Both the position numbers and the translations under genes were made by a program. A DNA stretch of 62,610 nt, filler included, from Candidatus Woesearchaeota archaeon (GTDB taxonomy: Archaea; Nanobdellota; Nanobdellia; Woesearchaeales; WJIZ01): the NCBI GenBank assembly GCA_018221205.1. It is 7 parts of 7 records of this genome, joined end to end, with 100 filler letters (N's around TTAATTAATTAA, not from the genome) between each part and the next. Parts side by side here need not be neighbours in the genome. Positions count along the whole stretch, not along the records: positions 1 to 10,103 come from JAAOYF010000001.1; 6 more parts are not named here. One strand, given 5' to 3'. Within the stretch, counting starts at the first letter, position 1. Every line of letters starts with the position of its first letter. The notes under the pieces were generated by a model. That model made no database searches. It saw nothing but the letters and a program-made list of their open reading frames with translations, and was not told where the DNA came from. This document shows positions 1-8,267 of this stretch, piece by piece.

Positions 1-87
1 ATCAAGGCTTACCTGAATCTCCGTAACTTCATACCTATCCCAGAGCCATTCCATCCGAAATTGTACGGTATGGAGGCTGAGTTCTAG
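1..87 (+). CDS. 3' fragment of a hypothetical protein running in from the window edge
   Basis: Frame 1 is open from base 1 (IKAYLNLRNFIPIPEPFHPKLYGMEAEF*) to TAG at 85-87; no homology recognised. Confidence 0.35.
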   Translation: MKAYLNLRNFIPIPEPFHPKLYGMEAEF

Positions 88-150
88 GAGATTTTTGCTG
101 CGTCTCCTATTGGTAATCTTTTTAAAGTGCTCTTTAGCCCTAGAACGTAT

Positions 151-324
151 GCCTCCGTAGCTCAGTGGCTAGAGCGGCTGCCTAGAGGTCTTTCAAAGAC
201 CTCGGAGAAGAGGTCTGGGAGACGTGAAGTTCCCCTGCCCATCTGAATAGGTCGATACTTGTAGCCACAGATCAACTTGTTGCATGAAATCAGCAGGTCG
301 GGAGTTCAAGTCTCCCCGGGGGCT
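151..324 (+). tRNA. tRNA-Thr(UGU) with two introns (181-256 at position 30/31; 264-288 at 37/38)
   Basis: Acceptor GCCTCCG/CGGGGGC, D-arm GCTC..GAGC, T-arm GGGAG-TTCAAGT-CTCCC. Removing both introns restores GCTGA-CT-TGT-AA-TCAGC. BHB-like helices at both junctions; TTTTTAAA TATA-like box ~30 nt upstream; no CCA encoded. Confidence 0.9.
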
Positions 325-389
325 TTCTTATTATGTTTAATATTTTCCGTTGTGAAAGATTTTTATGCTGAGACGGATTACCTTTTGCT

Positions 390-980
390 ATGAATAAGAA
401 GGGTTATGGCCAATATATTGTATATTTCTTTGTTCTCATTATAATCTTGAATATGTTGCCAGTACTGACAGATTTCCAATGTGAGCGATATAAAGGTCCC
501 TTGAGCGATTGCGAGGCTGAAAGGAATAAACTTCAGCAGCAACTGAATGAATGTAGAGATCAATTTGCCCAGAGGGTCAATGAGACACAAGATTTACTTG
601 AAGAATGCCAAAGAAATGTTGTCGAATGGCAAAAGGCATATGATGAAGCAGTTACACCCATTACTGAATACTATTTCATTCAGTTATTTGATGACAAAAT
701 CGTTCTGTTTAATATCTTCGTTATATATCACATACAGATGATATTGCTTTCCTTGAGCTTGGGGATTGCATTAACGGTCAAGCTCTTCCAGATTGATGTA
801 AAGGTGAGTATTGAACTACTCAGTAAAGAGGAGCAAAAGAAGTTTACAAGCGCACTCAGAAAATTTCTTCAAGACTTGCGATCTGACATTCGAGATTACA
901 TTGCAGAGCACCCATGGGGATTCGCTTTTTGGGCATTTGTTATTATCATTATAACGAACATTATTGGTTGGATATTTTAA
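390..980 (+). CDS. Hypothetical membrane protein with a coiled-coil segment
   Basis: 196-aa ORF; N-terminal hydrophobic segment after MNKKG, heptad region, further TM segments. Confidence 0.75.
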   Translation: MNKKGYGQYIVYFFVLIIILNMLPVLTDFQCERYKGPLSDCEAERNKLQQQLNECRDQFAQRVNETQDLLEECQRNVVEWQKAYDEAVTPITEYYFIQLFDDKIVLFNIFVIYHIQMILLSLSLGIALTVKLFQIDVKVSIELLSKEEQKKFTSALRKFLQDLRSDIRDYIAEHPWGFAFWAFVIIIITNIIGWIF

Positions 981-1027
981 AGCTCCTTACTGCAAATGTT
1001 TTTATATAATGGAGAGACTCTCTTGAT

Positions 1028-1429
1028 ATGGTCAAAAAATGTTTTAAATGTGGGAGACCTATACGAACAGGTCGAAAATATTGTTTCGAGCACAGAAGGA
1101 CATCGAATGGTTCTTATGTTAGCAAGATGGATAGACTGGATAGGAGGTATTTAAGAACGAAAATGAATCCTGTGCATATTTACGTTCTGCTTGGAGTGCT
1201 AGTCGTTTTGATGGTTTATGGATTCATAAGAAGGGATAATGCTTCTTTTGTGGATTACTTTGTGGCTGCTTTTATAATCTTTATATCGAGTCTGGCTGTT
1301 GATGAATATTTTAGATTTCGAGTGAAAAATCAAATTAGAAATAAAATGCCTGAATATGTGTCATTTGCAAAAGCATATGCTGGTGCACATAAGAGGGAGC
1401 AAGAATTCCGCAAATCCATTTGGAAATAG
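1028..1429 (+). CDS. Hypothetical membrane protein with N-terminal Zn-finger-like motif
   Basis: CFKC...YCFEH motif plus two TM helices; TTTTTATA box upstream. Confidence 0.75.
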   Translation: MVKKCFKCGRPIRTGRKYCFEHRRTSNGSYVSKMDRLDRRYLRTKMNPVHIYVLLGVLVVLMVYGFIRRDNASFVDYFVAAFIIFISSLAVDEYFRFRVKNQIRNKMPEYVSFAKAYAGAHKREQEFRKSIWK

Positions 1430-1511
1430 GGTGCCACTAATCATGACTTTTTAGTTTCTCTCTCTTGGGGCTTTCAAAAACATTAAATACCTTGATTTCT
1501 CCCATATTAAA

Positions 1512-2354
1512 ATGCCGAAAAAGAAGAAATTGACCAAATACGCTAGCAAATTTTATGAAAATATTGTTGCGAAATTGATTGGAGGACTGGTCAAGGTACT
1601 CTGGTGGATAGTCAAACTGCCGTATTATCTTATCAGGGGCATCATCGCTCTTTTCAAAGGGGTCAGGGGTGGGGTGAAGAAAGCTAAAGTGAAGCAGAAA
1701 CGGCAGAAAAGAATTGCTCACTATGAAACGTTTAAGATCATCCAGACCATCAACGGAGATTTTGCCAAATGGGAAAAGCATGTGCAGAAGTCTGACTCGG
1801 TCATCGGTATCATCTTAGGAGCCCGGGGTACGGGCAAGACCGCATTCGGAATCAAGTTATTAGAGAATATCTATAGCCAGACAAAAAGGAAATGCTTTGC
1901 GATGGGTTTTGAAGCCAAAGAGATGCCTTCCTGGATCACTGTTGTGGAGAATGTCGACCAAATAAAGAATAATGCGCAAGTGTTGATCGATGAAGGAGGC
2001 ATCTTCTTCAGCAGCAGGAAGAGCATGTCTAAAATAAATAAGATGCTGAGTGATCTTATCCTTGTTGCGCGGCATAAGAACCTAAGTATCGCGTTCATCT
2101 CCCAAAATTCAGCTAATCTTGATGTAAATATCCTTCGGCAAGTTGATTATCTCGTCCTTAAGCCAAGTTCGTTATTGCAGAAAGACTTTGAACGGAAAAA
2201 GATCAAAGAATTATATGAAAAGCATATGGTGGCATTTGAGAAATACAAAGGGGACAAAGGAACTGCCTACATCCATGCAGACAGCTTTCAAGGATTTGTC
2301 TCTAATAGCCTGCCTTCATTCTGGACTACAGAGATAAGCAAATCATTCAAGTGA
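1512..2354 (+). CDS. Membrane-anchored P-loop ATPase, Zot/pI-like
   Basis: Walker A GARGTGKT, Walker B VLIDEG, ARHK and hhhhSQ motifs, N-terminal hydrophobic segment. Confidence 0.75.
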   Translation: MPKKKKLTKYASKFYENIVAKLIGGLVKVLWWIVKLPYYLIRGIIALFKGVRGGVKKAKVKQKRQKRIAHYETFKIIQTINGDFAKWEKHVQKSDSVIGIILGARGTGKTAFGIKLLENIYSQTKRKCFAMGFEAKEMPSWITVVENVDQIKNNAQVLIDEGGIFFSSRKSMSKINKMLSDLILVARHKNLSIAFISQNSANLDVNILRQVDYLVLKPSSLLQKDFERKKIKELYEKHMVAFEKYKGDKGTAYIHADSFQGFVSNSLPSFWTTEISKSFK

Positions 2355-2595
2355 GCGCTTTTTGCTTCTCCAATAAAGAATTATATGAATCTACTAATGC
2401 TGACCGTTCATTGTTCTTTGTGTTATACTTTTCTTTCAGACTATTAGCGATTCTTGAGCTTGATGCCTCTATCTGTCTTGCCAATGTCGCAAGTTCATCA
2501 TACGCCAGAGGATAAAAGAAGTTCAATAAGTAAAGAGACTCAATCTGTAGAAATTTTTTTAAAGGATGGCCTCTTTGATGCGTATAGGTGATACT

Positions 2596-3165
2596 ATGAA
2601 ACTAAAATTACTTTTATTAGCCTTGGTTATCTTTATGATTGCGTGCCAGCCCCGTCAGTTTGAGGTCGATGACATCATCAAGGGTCCTGAAACAGAGGAG
2701 ATGGAAGAGCCTGTCCAGGCAGTGCCAGAGCCTGAACCTGAGCCACAGACCTGTGAGGAGTGGGTAGATACCTTATTGCCTGAGGTATTTGGTATGGAGT
2801 TGCCTGCAAGCAAGGATCCTAATTCTGCAGGATGGCTTCTGGTAGATGACAGCGACTGGACTGATGGAACTGCGATTACGCTCAAAGGAGATATTGAGTT
2901 CCAGAAAGGAAGATTTGAAGGGGAGAATACCGAGCTGTGGTATACCCGGAATGCACGAAATGAGAGGCTCTATGGTGCAGGCGGCCTTACTTATTCTAAG
3001 CAGATCATCAATGAAGATGGTTCTGTAGGCATGCTTGATTTCATGATCAAACCGACATTCAAGAAGATAGAGATCATCACGCCTCCGCCTGAGAAGCAAT
3101 TCGACCCATACATAGGCAGATTCACTATCCAGGATATTGGCTTTGTCAGCTGTGACCTGAGCTAA
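2596..3165 (+). CDS. Hypothetical lipoprotein
   Basis: GGTGA RBS before ATG 2596; signal peptide ending MIAC; PEPEPEP linker. Confidence 0.75.
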   Translation: MKLKLLLLALVIFMIACQPRQFEVDDIIKGPETEEMEEPVQAVPEPEPEPQTCEEWVDTLLPEVFGMELPASKDPNSAGWLLVDDSDWTDGTAITLKGDIEFQKGRFEGENTELWYTRNARNERLYGAGGLTYSKQIINEDGSVGMLDFMIKPTFKKIEIITPPPEKQFDPYIGRFTIQDIGFVSCDLS

Positions 3166-3198
3166 AGCTTTATAAATCTCCTTTTTCTTTTTTCTTCT

Positions 3199-3651
3199 AT
3201 GGATATCAATAGTGTCTATACTGATCTGCAGAAAGAGCTGAAACTTCCTAGTTTCGAAAAATTCAATGCAGAATTCGAGATTTCTGGGATAGATGAAGGT
3301 TACGTCCCTCGAAAGATAGCTGAGAGGATTGTTGAACGAGTCGAGAAATATCGGAAGTTCTTAGAGGAGTTCCTTCATGCAGATGGCATGTCTTTGGCTA
3401 TCCTTTCTGAGATCAAGATCATGGATGATAAAGATAAGGATACTATGAATGCCCTTTACAAAGAGATGATTGTTCTGGAAAGAGAATTCCAGATCTGTGA
3501 GCTTCTGAATGAAGGCTTTCGGAAGTTTGTACAGGAAGGCTATAAAAAGTGGACGAGCCTGAAAAAGGGCCTTCTCAGGATTTTGGAGAAAGCCAAAGAT
3601 TCGTGGAAGAATGTCGACAAAATAAAAGAGGATCTGGGGTATATGGGATGA
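3199..3651 (+). CDS. Hypothetical alpha-helical protein
   Basis: 150-aa ORF with TTTATAAA box ~30 nt upstream; co-oriented with adk. Confidence 0.75.
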   Translation: MDINSVYTDLQKELKLPSFEKFNAEFEISGIDEGYVPRKIAERIVERVEKYRKFLEEFLHADGMSLAILSEIKIMDDKDKDTMNALYKEMIVLEREFQICELLNEGFRKFVQEGYKKWTSLKKGLLRILEKAKDSWKNVDKIKEDLGYMG

Positions 3652-3699
3652 TGATGCGTAACATTTTTAATCTCTCTGCCCTGATAATGAGGTAAGACC

Positions 3700-4329
3700 A
3701 TGAAACTTATATTTTTAGGAGCACCTGGAGTTGGCAAAGGAACCATAGCCAAAAGAGTCGTGAAGAAATACGGACTGGTGCAGATCTCTACTGGTGATCT
3801 GTTGCGGGAAGCTGTCAAAAGAGGCACTGAACTAGGACATAAGGCGAAAAAGTTCATGGATGCCGGAGATCTAGTACCGGATGATCTGATCATCGATATG
3901 TTAAAAGAGCGATTGAGCCATGATGACTGCTCGAAAGGATTCATCCTCGATGGTTTTCCTCGCACGATTCCCCAAGCTGAGGCTCTTGAGAACAGCGGGG
4001 TTGTGATCGATAAAGTATTGGAATTGGCAGCAAGCCATGATGTGATCATCCAGCGTCTTTCTGGCAGAAGGACCTGTACACAATGCCAGGCCATCTTTCA
4101 CATCACCAATATGCCTTCCAAACAAGAAGGAGTATGTGATAAATGCAATGGGGAGTTAATCCAGAGAGATGATGACCGGCCTGAGGCTATCCAGAACAGA
4201 TTGCAGATCTATGAGACACAGACCAAACCGTTAGTCGAGTTCTATACTGCCAAAGATATGCTTATTTCGATTGACGCCGGCAAATCAGTCGATAAGGTCT
4301 TTAAGGACACTATCGAGGCACTCGAGTAA
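3700..4329 (+). CDS. adk: Adenylate kinase (bacterial-type, Zn-binding LID)
   Basis: GAPGVGKGT, ISTGDLLR, GFILDGFPRT, LID CTQC..CDKC, QRDDD. Confidence 0.97.
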   Translation: MKLIFLGAPGVGKGTIAKRVVKKYGLVQISTGDLLREAVKRGTELGHKAKKFMDAGDLVPDDLIIDMLKERLSHDDCSKGFILDGFPRTIPQAEALENSGVVIDKVLELAASHDVIIQRLSGRRTCTQCQAIFHITNMPSKQEGVCDKCNGELIQRDDDRPEAIQNRLQIYETQTKPLVEFYTAKDMLISIDAGKSVDKVFKDTIEALE

Positions 4330-5235
4330 GAAGGCAACTGCTATTGTTGCATATGATCCTTTTTCTAATGTGAAAGAGATCTTCAACGGATTTTTTTCTA
4401 AGAGTTTAAGGTCTTTAATCTCTATGTAGGCTTCTCTTGTTGTGCCTTCTGTTGTCAATTCTGGAATCTTTTTATTTATGAAATCTCTCACTCCCAGGTT
4501 CTCTTCTTTTAAGATGGGTTCGATCTCTTTTGTCGGCTCTGTCCCGAATCCGATTATCGGGAGTTCTTTTGCGTCTGGATTATTTTTTAGAGTCTTGTTC
4601 CAGAGATAGCTCTGATAAGAATGGATATAGAGCTTTAGCAATCTATGGGGGATGATCTTCAATGCGGTGGTGTAATTTGCCTTGTTCTTGTCGAGGAACT
4701 CCTGGATCTGATAATCTGGGTTTGTTTCTAAAATCAAATCAATGGCTTTTTTGAAATCAGACCTTACCAAGGCTTTTCCTATTGCTTTGTTGTTCTTCGA
4801 AAATCTCTGCTCTCCGAAATAATTGGGCATGAGGATCTTTTTGTTCAGTTTTTTCTCTATTTTCCTGCCTTCATCTGTATCTCTTATTGTTATGATGAAT
4901 TCATTCCCTTCTAACCTTCCTAAAGAGATAGGTTCATCTGCGAAGCCAAGATGGGTTATTTCAAGGTCTTTTAGGCTTACCTTAGAGATTTTCTCTTTTG
5001 AGATGCCTTTTATCGAAAGGTATTGCTCTGTTATTGCATGCTTATCTTTGGTTCCTGCGAAACCAATGTCTTTAGTCGGGACATGTACTGCTTTTGCGAT
5101 AAATTCTATGGCTCTTAGAGTGGTGAAATTGGTCTTTTTGAGAAGGCAGATATTGAATTTTCCTGATTTTTTTAGATTTAGTTTAAGAATCTCTTTGACG
5201 ATGAAATCTTCTGGGTTTTGTTTTAGGGTGTACAT
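4285..5235 (-). CDS. truD: tRNA pseudouridine(13) synthase TruD
   Basis: PEDFIVKE, GFAGTKDKHAIT, GNEFII, PNYFGEQRF, KGSYAT motifs. Confidence 0.95.
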   Translation of the reverse strand: MYTLKQNPEDFIVKEILKLNLKKSGKFNICLLKKTNFTTLRAIEFIAKAVHVPTKDIGFAGTKDKHAITEQYLSIKGISKEKISKVSLKDLEITHLGFADEPISLGRLEGNEFIITIRDTDEGRKIEKKLNKKILMPNYFGEQRFSKNNKAIGKALVRSDFKKAIDLILETNPDYQIQEFLDKNKANYTTALKIIPHRLLKLYIHSYQSYLWNKTLKNNPDAKELPIIGFGTEPTKEIEPILKEENLGVRDFINKKIPELTTEGTTREAYIEIKDLKLLEKNPLKISFTLEKGSYATIAVAFLLECLDSVLKDLID

Positions 5236-5576
5236 CAGCGATATCCGAATCTTTTATTGTAGGTTCTATGATCTGATATGTCAAGAATGAAAGCGATTAT
5301 TTCAATCTTTGTTTCTCCATCTACAAGCGAGTAGAGCATTCTCCAGAAATTCGGCAATTCGACACGGAATAGATTGGTTATGCCGTACTGCTCTTTGTAG
5401 TTCTTCGGAATAAGCCTTTTTGAGATAGGATTCCCATAATGGGGGTTTGCTTTAATGAGCTCTGTTTTTCTTTTTATGGCTGCGAGAATTGATTTTTCAA
5501 TCTTTGAATCTGTCTTTTGGAGATATTTGAATATCTCTTCTGCTTCTGGTGAAAGGATAACCTTTATTTCTTTCAT
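5235..5576 (-). CDS. RelE/ParE-like putative type II toxin
   Basis: 113-aa basic protein; NLFRVELPNFWRMLYSL pattern; C-terminal HRTYNKRFGY; coupled to upstream small gene. Confidence 0.6.
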   Translation of the reverse strand: MKEIKVILSPEAEEIFKYLQKTDSKIEKSILAAIKRKTELIKANPHYGNPISKRLIPKNYKEQYGITNLFRVELPNFWRMLYSLVDGETKIEIIAFILDISDHRTYNKRFGYR

Positions 5577-5836
5577 ACTTGTTTGCCTTGCGTGATTGCT
5601 TTGCGCAATGCTGGATTTCTGTTATGTATCCAGGTTATCCCTTGTAACGAAATAGCTATTTTATTGCTTTCTTCCAAATATTCGATGATTTTCCGGAGCG
5701 TGTAATGATTGACTTTTTTTGGGAGTTTTCTTTTGAGATTCGCTAGAGTTATTATGCTTTCATCCGTTTTCTTCAGGGTGTCTTCTACCATGATGACTGT
5801 GTTTAAGGTTGGTGAATATTTAGCAATTTGAGGCAT
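5573..5836 (-). CDS. Small winged-helix-like protein, putative antitoxin
   Basis: 87 aa; SPTLNTV...LEESNKI pattern; 4-nt ATGA overlap with the RelE-like gene. Confidence 0.55.
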   Translation of the reverse strand: MPQIAKYSPTLNTVIMVEDTLKKTDESIITLANLKRKLPKKVNHYTLRKIIEYLEESNKIAISLQGITWIHNRNPALRKAITQGKQV

Positions 5837-5881
5837 TTTGTTATCAATTCATAAGAAATAGTTATTAATTAATAAACTTTT

Positions 5882-6628
5882 CTATTCCTCTGCCAGATTA
5901 TCCCACATGAATTGCCAGAATTTTCTATAGCCATCTGCTAAACGTCTTGACTTCATGACGAATTGAATTGGTTCTTCGGGCAAGACTCCTGGTTTTTCAC
6001 CTATGAAGGTTACGACATAATCACCAAAAATATCAACCATGGTGGGGCTGGAGTAATTCTTTGGAAGGAATTTATAAGGCTTCCCGACAATTTTGAGAAT
6101 CTCGGGAATCTTTGTTTTTACATCATGATCGAAGATGTGTCTGAATTGAATTCCGAGCTTTTTTCTTTCTCTCTGAAACTGGGGAAGAAAATGCTTTAGC
6201 CTCTCGTCCATCCACATTGCTTTTGCTCCGATGAAATAGACTGTCTCTTTTGTCTTGAGGATATCTTTCAGATAGTTCTTCACTCCTTCAATCCCTTTAT
6301 AGACATACGCTTCCTCTTTTTCTTCTACAGCAGCATGCTTTGCCTGCATCTCTGGAAGGACCTTATTGATGCGCTCTTCCTTCTCTTTAAGAAAGTCAAG
6401 AAGCCTTGTTGGGTTTATTGCACTGAAGTTCTTCTCTCCTCTTACGAACACTTCGGTAGCAAGGCCCTTTTCTGTCAATTTTGATAAGGAATCATAGACA
6501 TTTCTTCTATGTACTTTTGCTTTCAAGGAGATGGTCTGTACAGAGGCTTCTCCTGTCTGTAATAAGGCCTCATACACACGTGCTTCATTCAGGCTTAACC
6601 CAATCTCTCTGAGGATCTCTCCGTACAT
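5882..6628 (-). CDS. TrmB-family transcriptional regulator
   Basis: GLSLNEARVYEALL wHTH, HRRNVYDSLSKL, YKGIEG, C-terminal effector domain ending FWQFMW. Confidence 0.9.
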   Translation of the reverse strand: MYGEILREIGLSLNEARVYEALLQTGEASVQTISLKAKVHRRNVYDSLSKLTEKGLATEVFVRGEKNFSAINPTRLLDFLKEKEERINKVLPEMQAKHAAVEEKEEAYVYKGIEGVKNYLKDILKTKETVYFIGAKAMWMDERLKHFLPQFQRERKKLGIQFRHIFDHDVKTKIPEILKIVGKPYKFLPKNYSSPTMVDIFGDYVVTFIGEKPGVLPEEPIQFVMKSRRLADGYRKFWQFMWDNLAEE

Positions 6629-6650
6629 AGTGGTCCTAGATGGGTTTGTC

Positions 6651-6750
6651 TATATAAGCTTTTTTTATTTTGGTGGTGATTACCACCACAAGAGTTTAAA
6701 TAGATGTTATAGCCTACATAGGATATTCATCACTACTTAAGTGTGGTGAC
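6651..6750. promoter_or_regulatory. Divergent promoters with palindromic operator-like sites
   Basis: Minus-strand TATA (plus TATATAAG 6651), plus-strand TTTAAATA ~6694; near-palindromes TGGTGGTGATTACCACCA (6671-6688) and TCATCACTAC-TTAA-GTGTGGTGA (~6727-6749). Confidence 0.6.
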
Positions 6751-6804
6751 AGTTTAATTGAGATGTAAACAAAAAAGAGTAGCGAGAGCTATGAGGTGGT
6801 AGAA

Positions 6805-6927
6805 ATGTGGGTAGAAGTCATGTTGGGAACTGCGATTGTGGTTTTGTTCATCATGAACGTAGACGAAGAAAAGGAGAAGGAAACAGAAGAGAGCATGAAA
6901 CATTTTCAACATAGGTGGAGGTGTTAG
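6805..6927 (+). CDS. Small single-TM protein (40 aa), not in ORF track
   Basis: GAGGTG RBS; MWVEVMLGTAIVVLFIMNVDEEKEKETEESMKHFQHRWRC*. Confidence 0.55.
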   Translation: MWVEVMLGTAIVVLFIMNVDEEKEKETEESMKHFQHRWRC

Positions 6928-6928
6928 A

Positions 6929-7321
6929 ATGGTAAGGAGATATGGGAACGTAAGTGATTACATAAGGGAATTATCAGCTGCCTTCAATGCGGATAATAGA
7001 ATTTCCAGGGTGCGGGCAACTACCAATAGTTGAACACAGCCCCTTCCTATGGATTTTGAGTCAGATCCCGGTGCATCGGAGAATCAAGGTGCACGGAAGG
7101 GTAGCATTTCAATATGTGGACATCTACAATGGACTGATGTTACAATCGGCAGGTTGGTAGAATTAGTGACAAATTCCTTTCAGTACGTCTCCCATGTTGA
7201 TGGATGTACTGCTTTATTGGGAAATCCGGAGTGGTATAGGCAGTTGGATTTCAAAGTTGAGCGAGGAGAGTCAGTTCATCCATTGAGAGAGGTTGGTGTG
7301 ATAATATTTAAAGACATTTAG
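6929..7321 (+). pseudogene. Hypothetical gene interrupted by one in-frame TGA (7031-7033)
   Basis: GGAGGTG RBS before ATG 6929; frame MVRRYGNVSDYIRELSAAF...TTNS*TQPLP continues in frame into track ORF 7049..7321. Confidence 0.6.
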
Positions 7322-7329
7322 GAGGGAAA

Positions 7330-7743
7330 ATGAAAACACCAAACAAACCAATATCTCCTCTTTATTTTGGTCCAGATGAGATCAAACCAGAATTTAGAAG
7401 TGATGATCCGTGGGAGGTACATTTATTCGTGAGAGGTCAAAATATCTCAGATGTATAATATTATAGACTCACCAGAGGTGATTATATTGCCCATGTATTA
7501 CATGATTTGGTAAGAGCGTATGATGGAATTAGCAGGAGGGTGGCAGTGAGGTTGGTAAATGAAGCATTTGAGAATCCCTCGCTAGCCAGTGATGAGTTGG
7601 TTGCAAAATTTGACCTTGAACTACTTGTCGAAGGTGCTGTGGGGAGTGTATTAGTGAGGACACATATGGACCCCTACGGCAGACCTATTCAGATTTGGGG
7701 AAAAGTTGATGATCAAAAAGACGCTAGTAAGGTGGAAAAATGA
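7330..7743 (+). pseudogene. Hypothetical gene interrupted by one in-frame TAA (7456-7458)
   Basis: GGAGG RBS before ATG 7330; frame MKTPNKPISPLYFG...ISDV*YYRLTRG continues in frame into track ORF 7507..7743. Confidence 0.6.
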
Positions 7744-8267
7744 AGATTCAAACTGCAAAGAAGGAATTAGAGTTGGTGGTTGCAACTGACAAGTTTCTAA
7801 TTTCTGAAACGGTAAATGATACTCGAAATGTAGGTGGAGAGCGGGAAGACTATCAACGACAGATCGAAGCGATGGTTATGATCACTGCGCATTTCAAATT
7901 AACAGAAAGGGAATCATATCAAGATGAATATTTTGGCGGCAGCAAAGAATGGTATGTAGTATATGTTAATTATTTTGATCATCTAAATGCAGATGGTCGG
8001 TTTGACCGATTGCAGGCTCGTTCCGCACCAATCGGATCTTGGACAAAGCTAGACAGTAAACGGAGATACGATGACGAATTAGAATCTTGCGTTCGCCAAG
8101 AATTTCCAGGTCACAATGTCTCGCTCAAAGTGGAAATTCACTCTAAACTATTTGAACAAACACGACACAGTGCTGAATTGCTGCAAGTCTTAAAACCATA
8201 TATTGGTCAAGTTATTGATGAAGGAATTACCAAGTCAAAACAACATATCAGAGGTATGGCAACATGA
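7740..8267 (+). CDS. Hypothetical protein
   Basis: 175-aa ORF, GGTGG RBS, ATGA overlaps with both neighbours. Confidence 0.75.
   Translation: MKIQTAKKELELVVATDKFLISETVNDTRNVGGEREDYQRQIEAMVMITAHFKLTERESYQDEYFGGSKEWYVVYVNYFDHLNADGRFDRLQARSAPIGSWTKLDSKRRYDDELESCVRQEFPGHNVSLKVEIHSKLFEQTRHSAELLQVLKPYIGQVIDEGITKSKQHIRGMAT

Noticed and set aside
2347..2526. 59-codon minus-strand open frame (..FYPLAYDELATLARQIE..)
   Set aside because: Only a TTG start, no RBS and no recognisable homology; may be a gene remnant but is unsupported
7031..7033. TGA recoding (alternative code or selenocysteine)
   Set aside because: Conserved genes such as ahcY and rpl24e end correctly at TGA, the neighbouring gene is broken by TAA instead, and there is no redox-motif context
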